A stretch of DNA of 32,000 bases from Isorropodon fossajaponicum endosymbiont JTNG4 (GCF_016592615.1 NZ_AP013043.1:30001-62000), one strand, 5' to 3'. Numbered from the stretch's first letter, positions 17,630 to 26,485 are shown. A program made the numbers and translations. The notes: generated by a model from the sequence alone, not told the origin.

Positions 17630-17981
17630 ATGACACAATATAAATCAAGAAAACAACGAGTGACTTTTACCGTTGAACATTCTGTTCAATACCCCCTTGA
17701 GGGGGGAACACTAGATTATGCCAAACTCATGGTGCATGAGAATTACACCAATAAAAAAAATCATGATAATATCAGGAGCTTGCTCCTCAGCAGTTAGCAG
17801 ATGGAGAAAACAATACCTAGCAGAGCTTGGTGGACAAACACCAGAGTCAGGCAAAGCGCTGACTTCTGAACAACAAACAATACAACTGCTTGAGAAACAA
17901 CTTTGGCGCGCACAAAGGGACAATGAAATCTTAAAAAAGGCAACAGCCTTGTTCGCTGTGGACAATCACCAAGTGATATGA
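17630..17981 (+). pseudogene. IS3-family orfA (HTH / leucine-zipper protein), frameshifted in an A8 run
   Basis: Strong SD AAGGAGG at 17617-17623, ATG at 17630. The N-terminal frame reads MTQYKSRKQRVTFTVEH...KLMVHENYTNKK and ends at TAG at 17795-17797. The rest (SGACSSAVSRWRKQYLAELGGQTPE...QRDNEILKKATALF) lies in the +1 frame (track ORF 17718..17981). Removing one A from the A8 run (17753-17760) joins the two parts. Confidence 0.7.
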
Positions 17982-18835
17982 TTATCAAGATAAACAAGGC
18001 TTGCCAACAATACAATACTAAAGAATTATGAGCATTACTCAAACTTCCTCACAGTAGTTATTACTATCAAGTCAAAGATAAGCGAGTAAACAACAACACC
18101 AACGCTATGATTAAATTAATCAAACAAACTGCTATTGAAGTTGGATACACCTATGGCAAACGCAGAATGCGAGTAGTTTTGAATAACCAAGGTTATAACA
18201 TTGGTATTTACCAAACTGCAACGCTAATGAAAAAAGCCAATGTAGTTGCCATACGCCCAAGAAAGCGTCATTATTACCCTAATACTAGATTGATGTTTAA
18301 AAAGGCAAAAAACCTATTAAATCGTGTGTTTGAGCAGCAATCAATTAATACGCATTGGGTTGGTGATATTACCTATATCAAAACCTATCAAGGTGGGAGT
18401 TATTTAGCCAGTGTGTTGGATTTAGGCTCAAGACAAGTTGTTGGTTGGGCATTGTCAAAACAGCCTAATGCTCAGTTGGCAAAGGATGCGCTTAGTAATG
18501 CTGTGTCTAGACACCAGCCCAATACAAATAAACACATGTTCCACTCTGATCAAGGGACTCAATACTCTTCTAAAGTTTTTATTGATTATTGCAACAAGAA
18601 CAACATTACTCAAAGCATGAGCAGGCGAGGTAATTGTTGGGATAATGCGGTCATGGAGCGTTTCTTTAGAAGTCTGAAGACTGAGAGATTAAATTATCAA
18701 AGTTTTGCAAATCATAGTGAAGTCGTGCAAAATGTAGAGGGTTATATCTACTTGTATAATTACAAAAGGATTCATTCAGCGATTGGGTATTTAACACCTG
18801 CTCAAAAGATGGCTGAATTGAAAAAAGCGGCTTGA
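17927..18835 (+). pseudogene. IS3-family orfB (DDE/rve transposase) with an in-frame TGA
   Basis: The -1 frame reads ...KKGNSLVRCGQSPSDMIIKINKACQQYNTKEL*ALLKLPHSSYYYQ..., with the TGA at 18029-18031. It continues into track ORF 18107..18835, which has HWVGDITYI, LDLGSRQVVGW, FHSDQGTQY, SMSRRGNCWDNAVMERFFRSLK and the DDE triad context. Confidence 0.8.
17933..17939 (+). promoter_or_regulatory. Programmed -1 ribosomal frameshift heptamer A-AAA-AAG
   Basis: The zero-frame reads TTA AAA AAG GCA (LKKA), the same place as the IS911/IS3 A6G motif. The -1 frame opens at 17927, just upstream of the heptamer. Confidence 0.6.
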
Positions 18836-18864
18836 AATGTGTCCAAGTAGGTTAGAGCATTGCA

Positions 18865-20344
18865 ACCAGATGAAGAGCCGCATATTGTCTTTACAGGAAA
18901 AAGCACGCTTAATAATATCAACTTTCTTGATAATCAGAACAAGAAAAACATACTCAGTTGGAAAAATATAACAGGCAGTGGTATATATTTTTCATCTGTC
19001 GATAGAGTATTGCGTATATCAAAAGTCGATATTGATGAGTTAAATAGTCAGATTGTTTTTGATCAAAAATCTCAACTTAATTTGCAAACTGTGTTGATAC
19101 AGGGTGTTGATCAAGCAAATGAACAACAAAATGGCAAGCCGTTGTCTATTCATATTGATGCGATTGCGTTGAGTGATAATCAAGTGCAATTCTCAGATTT
19201 ATCCTTAATAGAGCCTTTTTATTCTTCCATTGATCATGTAAATGGTCAAATTATAAATTACTCAACAGAGCCAAATACCGTATTAAAGGTGGAGGTTGAA
19301 AGCAATGTCAACAAGAGTGGTTATTTTAAGATTTCGGGTCAGTTAAATCCTACAAAGCCGACATTAAGCACTGATATTCATGCAACTTTTCGCGATATCT
19401 CTACAGCCAATATAACCCCTTATACGATTAAATTTATTGGTCAAAAGATAAAATCTGGGAAGTTGAATGTGACATTTGATTATAAACTCAGAGACAACCT
19501 GATTGAAGGTAGCAATGGTATTCGCTTTGATAGAGTTAGCCTTGTGGAACCGATTGAAAGCCCAGAGGCAGTACAATTGCCTTTGTCCTTGGCTTTGGCA
19601 TTGTTGGAGGACAATCAAGGTCAAACGTTGATTGATTTACCAGTACGTGGAGATATTAATAATCTAGATTTTAGCTACGCACATTTAGTTTGGAAGGCGT
19701 TTGGCGGTGTTATTGCGGGTATTATTACTGCATCATTTAATTTTCTAGGTAAGTTGCTTGGCGCAGATGATGCGCAATTAGAGTTTATTGGCTTTGCTTT
19801 AGCAGACTCAAGACTTTTACAACAAGAACAAGAAAAATTACTCATCATAGCCAAGGCATTAAAAAAACGACCGTCATTATCTTTAGGTATCTACCCTGTT
19901 TATAATACTGTGTGTGATACACACGCATTACGTGAGAAAGAATTGGCCACATTGTTAGCTGGTAACAAACAAAAAATTATTAAAAAAAGCCGTGGAACAA
20001 GCCGCCAATTGCTTATAAAGTATTGAGATATACACATGAAAAACGTTTTGGCATTGAAGGCTCTCAGGAGCGCATAGCAGTCATTAATCGTACTCAGAGC
20101 ACAAACAAAACACGCACTCAGCAGATAAAGCACCTACAACTTGGTGATGAGCTGTGCCATAATATTATAATTGACCATATAAAGTTTTCAACACTTGCAT
20201 CACAAAAGAGCACAATCTATTTATCAGTTTTTATTAGGTCAAGATCTTAGTCCTAAACGCTTGGAACTACTTAAATTAAAAGAAGTAGAGGCGCAAGAAA
20301 ATAATTGGATAGAAAGTAAATTATCTTTAGATGCTTTGCGGTAA
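18865..20344 (+). pseudogene. 5'-truncated DUF748 / AsmA-like large envelope protein gene with a decayed 3' tail
   Basis: Reading begins at the IS boundary; the track's TTG start at 18860 lies inside IRR. The segment PLSLALALLEDNQGQTLIDLPVRGDINNLDFSYAHLVWKAFGGVIAGIITASFNFLGKLLG...LEFIGF is typical of the DUF748 C-terminal region, and such proteins are normally around 1000 aa. The same frame continues to TAA at 20342-20344 through five stops (at 20024, 20075, 20126, 20168, 20180). It ends with a family-like tail: RAQSIYQFLLGQDLSPKRLELL. Confidence 0.6.
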
Positions 20345-20352
20345 CAGTCTAA

Positions 20353-20439
20353 AATTATTGCAAAATGACATCAGGCTCTATGTTGCAATAATTCAGACAA
20401 GTTTTTACATGCAAAGAGAAATGGATATAAAATTTCTCT
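20353..20439. terminator. Two hairpins in the convergent intergenic gap (candidate bidirectional terminators)
   Basis: aattattgcaa (20353-20363) pairs with ttgcaataatt (20383-20393). agagaaat (20415-20422) pairs with atttctct (20432-20439). The stems are AT-rich and the U-tracts weak. Confidence 0.3.
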
Positions 20440-20461
20440 CAAGTTATTTTGCTTGTTACTA

Positions 20462-21385
20462 TTAAAAGGCACTAACGCCCGCAATTCCTTGAGCGCCAAG
20501 TTGTCGGGTTTTTTCTAGGTCTTTAAGCGCCATCCCGCCTAAAAAGTACACAGAAATATTGAGCTTATCCACAACTTTTTTGGCGCTATTCCAGCCTAAT
20601 GGCAAAGTGTTAGGATGGGTTTTGGTGGCTTGTACGGGGGAGATAACAACAAAGTCAGCACCCATTTCTTGGGCTTTTAGTGCTTCGACTAGATTGTGTG
20701 TGGATACGCCCAATAGTTTATTATCAGCGCAAGGTCTTTTGCTCAATTTAAGCATTTCAGCGGTGGTGATATGCCAGCCATCGCAATAGTTCTCATCAAA
20801 GGTTTTATTAACGGTATTAAGCAGTAGTTTGATGTTATTTTGCTTGCATTTGTTGTGAAGTTCGGCAATAAAGGAATGATCTAATTCTATTTTGCTTCTT
20901 AATTGAAGCAGTGTTGTGTCTTGTGTGAGTTTTTGATTAAATTTTGCCATCCATTCATCACTTTGGTGATTGCTTGATGGGGTAATCCAATATTTATTAG
21001 GTAGGGTGATAGAGCTAATAAAGGCTTTCATGGTGGGTAATAGTTTGTAGTTATTTAACTCATTAACATCAACCCAAGATATGGCTTGACCTTCAATACC
21101 CAAAGGTGTGTTTTGGTACTCGTTGATGTTATAAATACTTAGTTGGACGGTTCTATCTTCATACTTATGCATCATGGTTTGATGAAGGGTCAATTGATTA
21201 ACCTGTATGTCTAATTCTTCTTTTAGTTCTCTTATGATAGCCTGTTCTTTTGATTCGCCAGCCTCAATTTTTCCACCAGGAAGTTCCCAGAAGCCGCCCA
21301 TAAATTGTTCTTTTTTGCGTCTTGCAATGAGTATTTCTTGGTTTTTGTTGCGTAAAACACCCACAACTGCCTTGATTGTTTTCAT
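20462..21385 (-). CDS. Nudix (MutT-like 8-oxo-dGTP diphosphatase) fused to a ThiE/TenI-like domain
   Basis: Nudix box GGKIEAGESKEQAIIRELKEELDI at the N-terminus. The C-terminal half has a TMP-synthase-like fold signature (GVSTHN...GADFVVISPV..T.TH...LGW...FLGG). This fusion is common in gamma- and betaproteobacteria. Confidence 0.85.
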   Translation of the reverse strand: MKTIKAVVGVLRNKNQEILIARRKKEQFMGGFWELPGGKIEAGESKEQAIIRELKEELDIQVNQLTLHQTMMHKYEDRTVQLSIYNINEYQNTPLGIEGQAISWVDVNELNNYKLLPTMKAFISSITLPNKYWITPSSNHQSDEWMAKFNQKLTQDTTLLQLRSKIELDHSFIAELHNKCKQNNIKLLLNTVNKTFDENYCDGWHITTAEMLKLSKRPCADNKLLGVSTHNLVEALKAQEMGADFVVISPVQATKTHPNTLPLGWNSAKKVVDKLNISVYFLGGMALKDLEKTRQLGAQGIAGVSAF

Positions 21386-21432
21386 CAGCTACCCTAATGT
21401 AAAATAATGCTATTTTAGCATCTGGACTTGTT

Positions 21433-22986
21433 TTGCAGTTACAGGAAAAAATTCAACAACTAAAGCCGTATAGTGGGCTATTGAAGGGCAATTTAATGGG
21501 CCTAGAAAAAGAAGGGTTGCGTGTGTCAAGAAAAGGTGGTATTTCTCAAGCGCCACACCCTCAAACCTTTGGTTGTGCGTTGACACACCCTAATATCACT
21601 ACGGACTTTTCTGAGTCATTAATAGAATTGGTAACGCCACCACTTGGTAATGCGGTAGAAATGCTGTCTTTTTTAGAAGACACACAGCATTATTTGTATT
21701 ATCATTTGCCCAAGGATCAAAACTTTTGGTCGACAAGTATGCCTTGTGTTATTCGTGGTGAAACCACCATTCCCATTGCTCAATATGGTACTTCTAACCA
21801 AGGCATGATGAAAACAATTTATCGTCAAGGGCTGGCAAATCGTTACGGCAGTGTGATGCAGACCATTGCAGGCATCCATTTTAATTATTCGTTTTCCCAT
21901 GAGTTCTGGCGGCAATATCAAACATTGCTTGCTCCTACAGAGGTATTAAGGTCATTTATTGATAATGGCTATATGGGCTTAACCCGTAATATAGTGCGTT
22001 ATGGCTGGATAATTCCTTATTTATTCGGCGCATCGCCTGCTGTGTGTAAGTCGTTTTTGAAAGGCTACCATGCACATTCGTTGGTTGAGTTTAATGAGTC
22101 AACTTTGTATGAACCTTATGCCACCTCTTTACGTATGGGGGATATTGGCTATCAGAATTTGGCTGAGGATGAGGCAGGCGTGAAGGCCAATTACAATAGT
22201 TTGAGCCATTATATAAATAGCCTTAAAGCAGGCATGCAAACGGCTTGTTCTGAGTATGAAATGATTGGCTTAAAGCGCCACGGGAAATATCAGCAACTTA
22301 ATACCAATATTTTGCAGATTGAAAATGAATATTATGCTTCTGTACGTCCAAAACCACTGGTTGAACCAGATAAAAAACCCTTAGATACACTAAGTAGTAG
22401 TGGTATTGGCTATGTTGAGCTAAGATCAATAGATATCAATCCACTCTTGCCATTAGGTATCGACAAGGCACAAATTTATTTCTTAGAAGTTTTTATGTTG
22501 TTTTGTTTGCTTGAACCATCCTGCGCTATTTCTACCTCAGAACAGTTTGAGATTGATACTAATGATCAACTAGTTGCTCATGAGGGTCGCAAACCCAAAT
22601 TAATGCTAACGCATAGAGGCAAGCAGACTTCACTTCAAAAGTGGGGGGGTGATATTATGGCTAAGATTGAACAATGTGCAGCCTTACTAAGTGAAAGTCA
22701 CCAAGGGTCTGTTCGGGATATGGCACGTCGTATTAATAATCCAAATTTAACGCCTTCTGCGATAACACTTAGTCAGATGAAAGAGCACAATCAGGGATTT
22801 TTTGATTATACTAATTCGTTGTCTAAACAATATAGAAACGGTTTTTTATCTAGTACAATCAATCAAAAACACTTTGATTATTTGGATCAACAGGCAAAGA
22901 TTTCATGTAAAAAACAGCAACAGATTGAAGCCTCTGATTTAGTGGATTTTGATACATTTTTAGCTGAGTATTTTAAAAATATCTAA
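21433..22986 (+). CDS. gshA: Glutamate-cysteine ligase
   Basis: Colinear with E. coli GshA (LKG..RGLEKE.LRV, ITTDFSESLIELVTP, QYGTSN.G..KT.YR.GL.NRYG..MQTI.G.H.N.S). 517 aa, TTG start. Confidence 0.93.
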   Translation: MQLQEKIQQLKPYSGLLKGNLMGLEKEGLRVSRKGGISQAPHPQTFGCALTHPNITTDFSESLIELVTPPLGNAVEMLSFLEDTQHYLYYHLPKDQNFWSTSMPCVIRGETTIPIAQYGTSNQGMMKTIYRQGLANRYGSVMQTIAGIHFNYSFSHEFWRQYQTLLAPTEVLRSFIDNGYMGLTRNIVRYGWIIPYLFGASPAVCKSFLKGYHAHSLVEFNESTLYEPYATSLRMGDIGYQNLAEDEAGVKANYNSLSHYINSLKAGMQTACSEYEMIGLKRHGKYQQLNTNILQIENEYYASVRPKPLVEPDKKPLDTLSSSGIGYVELRSIDINPLLPLGIDKAQIYFLEVFMLFCLLEPSCAISTSEQFEIDTNDQLVAHEGRKPKLMLTHRGKQTSLQKWGGDIMAKIEQCAALLSESHQGSVRDMARRINNPNLTPSAITLSQMKEHNQGFFDYTNSLSKQYRNGFLSSTINQKHFDYLDQQAKISCKKQQQIEASDLVDFDTFLAEYFKNI

Positions 22987-22993
22987 AAAATTA

Positions 22994-24337
22994 ATGAACA
23001 GTAATGAAACAACAATTTGTGCATTGGCCAGTAGCGTTGGTAAAGGTGGTATTGGTGTGGTGCGTGTATCAGGGTCGTTATGTAAAGTGATTGCAAAAAA
23101 AATGCTTGGGCTTGTTCCCAAACCGCGTTATGCGCATTATGGTTTATTTTTTGACCAAGAAAATGATGAAATAGACAAAGGTATTGCTCTTTTTTTCCCT
23201 AAGCCGCACTCATTTACAGGTGAAGATGTATTGGAATTTCAAGGGCATGGCGGTATGAGTGTGATGCGTTGTTTATTAGAATCCGCCATATCGATGGGTG
23301 CTAAACCGGCCGAGCCAGGTGAATTTTCAAAACGTGCTTTTTTAAACGGAAAAATGGACTTGGTGCAAGCAGAAGCGGTGGCAGATATGATTGATGCTAA
23401 CTCAAAACGTGCTTCCAAGTCAGCATTTAGGTCTTTGTCAGGCGAGTTTTCCAATCAAGTGAATGCACTTACCAAGTCTATTATTGAGCTTCGAGTTTTT
23501 GTTGAAGCGACTATTGATTTTTCAGATGAGGAGGTTGATTTTTTACAATCTGAGCAAGTTAAACTTAAAACAAAAGGCATAAAACAAGCGGTTGAAACCA
23601 TTTTAAAATCTGCCACACAAGGTGTGATTTTACGAGAAGGTTTGAATGTTGCTATTGCTGGCAAGCCCAATGCTGGCAAGTCTTCATTACTAAATGCACT
23701 GACACAAGAATCCAGCGCTATTGTGACTGATATTGCAGGCACAACACGTGACGTGTTAAAAGAAACCATTCATGTAAATGGCATGCCACTTAATATTATT
23801 GATACAGCAGGTTTGCATGATAGTGACGACAAGATAGAAAAAGAAGGCATCAAAAGAGCGCATTTGGAGATTGAGCGTGCTGATGTGGTATTAATGGTGT
23901 TTGATGCGCAAGAAGACAAGCCAGATTTTTCCATATTGCCTAAAAATATGGATGATCGTTCTTTATTACTCATCAAAAATAAAGTGGATTTAACAAGTGG
24001 CGCTGTTAAAAGAGAAATGATTAACGATATTGTTCAATTGTCAGTGTCAGCTAAGCACTCAAAAGGTATGGGGCTGTTACGAAAAGAGCTGTCTGATATT
24101 GCAGGATTAGAAGATTTTTCAGAAGGGGTTGTGTTTGCCAGAAAACGTCATATTATTGCCCTAGAAGTATCATTAGCGTCTATTGAAAATGCCATTATGC
24201 AATTAGAAAATGGTGCAGTAGAGCTAATGGCTGAAGATTTACGCTTTGCTGGTCAGTCTATGGGTAGTATTACTGGTGAGTTTTCATCGGATGATTTACT
24301 AGGTGAAATATTTTCTTCTTTTTGTATTGGAAAATAA
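22994..24337 (+). CDS. mnmE: tRNA uridine-5-carboxymethylaminomethyl synthesis GTPase MnmE
   Basis: TICALAS..G.GGIGVVRVSG, G-domain GKPNAGKSSLLNAL...DTAG, and the C-terminal FCIGK motif. Confidence 0.95.
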   Translation: MNSNETTICALASSVGKGGIGVVRVSGSLCKVIAKKMLGLVPKPRYAHYGLFFDQENDEIDKGIALFFPKPHSFTGEDVLEFQGHGGMSVMRCLLESAISMGAKPAEPGEFSKRAFLNGKMDLVQAEAVADMIDANSKRASKSAFRSLSGEFSNQVNALTKSIIELRVFVEATIDFSDEEVDFLQSEQVKLKTKGIKQAVETILKSATQGVILREGLNVAIAGKPNAGKSSLLNALTQESSAIVTDIAGTTRDVLKETIHVNGMPLNIIDTAGLHDSDDKIEKEGIKRAHLEIERADVVLMVFDAQEDKPDFSILPKNMDDRSLLLIKNKVDLTSGAVKREMINDIVQLSVSAKHSKGMGLLRKELSDIAGLEDFSEGVVFARKRHIIALEVSLASIENAIMQLENGAVELMAEDLRFAGQSMGSITGEFSSDDLLGEIFSSFCIGK

Positions 24338-24369
24338 GAAAACTTGCTTTCTGGTTTGAAACTAAACAT

Positions 24370-25854
24370 ATGAGTATTAGAATAAAATTCTACATTTACT
24401 TTTTGGTCACGATTTTGTTCTCGCCATTGCTAATGTATGAAGTGGTACTCGCTTATACAATGACTAATATCGTGGATGTGTTGCTGGTTGTCTTAATTCT
24501 GTTGGTTTATTTAGGTCTTTACTTGTCCATTCGTCAAGATTTTTTATCACCATTTAGTGATTTGCAAAGTTGGGTAGATAGCCATAAGTCTAGCCAAAGC
24601 GTGCGTTTAAGCGATTACCAAAGAACCACATTTCAACCTGTTGTAAAAGCGATTAATCATTTGATTGATGAAAATCAACATCTATATGATGACATGGAAA
24701 GCATCTTAAACAAGCAAATTCAGCGTTTAAGTAAAAAATCTGCCTCTTTAGAGACGCTATATAGCGTGTCATCAAAACTGAATAAAATGCATTCGATTGA
24801 TGAATTATTCTCGCACTTTTTAGATATTTTTATTAACATGACTGGCGCCTCATCAGGCGCTGCACGCAGTTTATCTGATGATGGTCAGCTTCACTTGATG
24901 GCAACACAAGGCGTTATTGACAAGCAGGGTCAGGTAGCAGATGTATTAAGTTCAGATTGTTTTTGTGGCGAAGTTGCTATGGCAAGTGACACTTATGTGC
25001 AATTTAGTGTACATACTTGTGCACAATGCGTGGGTAAGAAGTCTCAAGCCAAAGTCAGTGTTGGTACAATATTTATCCCACTTAGGTATCATGGAAAAAC
25101 ACTAGGCACTTTTAATTTATTTTTTGATACACTACCCTCACTGGCTTTTGATGAGCGTGCACTGCTCAGTTCTATTGCTGAAAATATCGCCATTGCACTA
25201 GATAAAGCTCGCCTAGATGCCCAAACTAAGCGCATGGAATTATCACAAGAGCGTTTGTTTTTATCACAAGAGATACATGATTCATTAGCCCAAACTATTT
25301 ACAGTTTAAAACTGCAAGTAACGGTACTTGGGAACATGCTTAAAGCAGGTAAAAAATCTGATGCAAGTGACAAAGTGTTGAGTTTACAATCTAATATTAC
25401 CCAGGCAAATCAAGAGTTACGTGAGTTGATGTGTAATTTTCGTGTGCCATTAGACCCTAAAGGGATTGAGACTTCTTTGACAAACTTACTCAATCGATTT
25501 ATGTCAGAAGAAGGCATTGCTACTTATTTACAAGTTGAGGGTAAACTACAAGTATCCCCAGAGGTGGAAATGCAAATCATGCGCATTACTCAAGAGGCAT
25601 TGTCTAATATACGTAAACACGCCAAAGCTCGCAATGTACGTGTTTTGCTTTTGGCAGAGCCTAATTGTCAATTACTGATTGAGGATGATGGCATTGGATT
25701 TGAAAAAGACCAAAATGAAAGTGAAGTAATGGGGAATAATATTGGCATGAATATTATGAAAGAACGAGCAACAAGAATTGGTGCCAGCATTGAAATTGAA
25801 TCAGAAGTCGATGAAGGTACACGCGTTATTGTCAACTTTCCGAAACTACCATGA
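24370..25854 (+). CDS. NarX/NarQ-family sensor histidine kinase (HAMP-like, Cys-cluster GAF-like module, HisKA_3, HATPase) lacking a periplasmic domain
   Basis: Two hydrophobic helices (IKFYIYFLVTILFSPLLMYEVVLAY and IVDVLLVVLILLVYLGLYLSI) are separated by about 4 residues. Cys cluster is DCFCGEVA...HTCAQCVG. H-box is SQEIHDSLAQTIYSLKLQV. N-box is EALSNIRKHA. G-boxes are DDGIGF and GMNIMKERA. ATG at 24370 is preferred over the TTG at 24322, which overlaps mnmE. Confidence 0.85.
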   Translation: MSIRIKFYIYFLVTILFSPLLMYEVVLAYTMTNIVDVLLVVLILLVYLGLYLSIRQDFLSPFSDLQSWVDSHKSSQSVRLSDYQRTTFQPVVKAINHLIDENQHLYDDMESILNKQIQRLSKKSASLETLYSVSSKLNKMHSIDELFSHFLDIFINMTGASSGAARSLSDDGQLHLMATQGVIDKQGQVADVLSSDCFCGEVAMASDTYVQFSVHTCAQCVGKKSQAKVSVGTIFIPLRYHGKTLGTFNLFFDTLPSLAFDERALLSSIAENIAIALDKARLDAQTKRMELSQERLFLSQEIHDSLAQTIYSLKLQVTVLGNMLKAGKKSDASDKVLSLQSNITQANQELRELMCNFRVPLDPKGIETSLTNLLNRFMSEEGIATYLQVEGKLQVSPEVEMQIMRITQEALSNIRKHAKARNVRVLLLAEPNCQLLIEDDGIGFEKDQNESEVMGNNIGMNIMKERATRIGASIEIESEVDEGTRVIVNFPKLP

Positions 25855-26480
25855 AAATCTATATCATTGACGACCACGCTTTGTTTCGTAACGGACTCAT
25901 TGCCTTATTAGAATCTAAACAAATTAGCGCCAGTGCCGCTGCTTCGCCAGAACAAGGTTTGGCAGAAATTCCTTCCTTGTCAGTGGATATTATTCTACTA
26001 GATTTACGTATGCCACAAATGTCTGGACTTGAAGTGTTAAAAACGCTCAAAGAAAAAAACATCACCACACCAATTGTGATGCTAACCACCAGCACCCAAG
26101 AACATGATTTACGTAATTGTCTTAAACATGGTGCCCAAGGTTACTTATTAAAGGATATGGATCCAGATGAGTTGGTTGATGCTTTAGATGAAGTTGTTGA
26201 AGGCTCAATTGTTGTTGCACAAGATATGACACACGTACTAGCAAAGGCTCTACGAGATGAATTAACCGATAATGAACCTTCGTTTAACGCCTTAACCAGC
26301 CGAGAAAAAGAAGTGGCCTGTCAAGTATCCAGCGGTTATAGTAATAAAGTCATTGCTAGGGAACTGGGCATCTCTGATGGCACAGTTAAACTTCATGTTA
26401 AATCAATTCTTAAAAAATTATCACTCAGCTCACGCGTTGAAGTGGCAGTCATGGTGACACGAAAAGGCTATTGCAAATAA
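25851..26480 (+). CDS. NarL/FixJ-family response regulator (receiver plus LuxR-type HTH)
   Basis: IIDDH, LLDLRMP and GYLLKDMDPDELVDAL, then LTSREKEV...NKVIARELGISDGTVKLHVKSILKKL. Closely parallels E. coli NarL. ATGA overlap with the kinase gene. Confidence 0.9.
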   Translation: MKIYIIDDHALFRNGLIALLESKQISASAAASPEQGLAEIPSLSVDIILLDLRMPQMSGLEVLKTLKEKNITTPIVMLTTSTQEHDLRNCLKHGAQGYLLKDMDPDELVDALDEVVEGSIVVAQDMTHVLAKALRDELTDNEPSFNALTSREKEVACQVSSGYSNKVIARELGISDGTVKLHVKSILKKLSLSSRVEVAVMVTRKGYCK

Positions 26481-26485
26481 AGCCA

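Larger units (their letters stand above)
17565..18864 (+). mobile_element. IS3-family insertion sequence (IS911-like organisation), 1300 bp, apparently inactivated
   Basis: Termini are TG...CA. IRL (17565-17591) is TGCAATAGTCTAATTTTATTGGACACA. The reverse complement of IRR (18838-18864) is TGCAATGCTCTAACCTACTTGGACACA, matching 21 of 27 positions. orfA and orfB are arranged with orfB in the -1 frame and an A6G slippery site. The flanking triplets differ (tgg / acc). Confidence 0.8.

Noticed and set aside
17216-18042. Minus-strand ORFs 17216..17413, 17711..17965 and 17794..18042
   Set aside because: They are antisense or out of frame relative to clearly homologous transposase sequence, and no family resemblance was seen.
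17565-18865. TGCAA present at both IS boundaries, first read as a 5-bp target-site duplication
   Set aside because: The two copies are in inverted orientation relative to the element: TGCAAT... at the left end and ...ATTGCA at the right end. They extend the terminal inverted repeats to canonical IS3-family TG...CA ends. The true flanking triplets (tgg / acc) do not match.
19900-20250. ORFs 20023..20250(+) and 19900..20133(-)
   Set aside because: They fall in the decayed tail of the DUF748 pseudogene in non-homologous frames. The family-like reading is the original frame, interrupted by stops.
24322-24369. TTG start for the histidine kinase overlapping mnmE by 16 nt
   Set aside because: The ATG at 24370 immediately precedes the first TM helix and avoids the overlap. 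The upstream extension cannot be excluded, but it adds only 16 residues.
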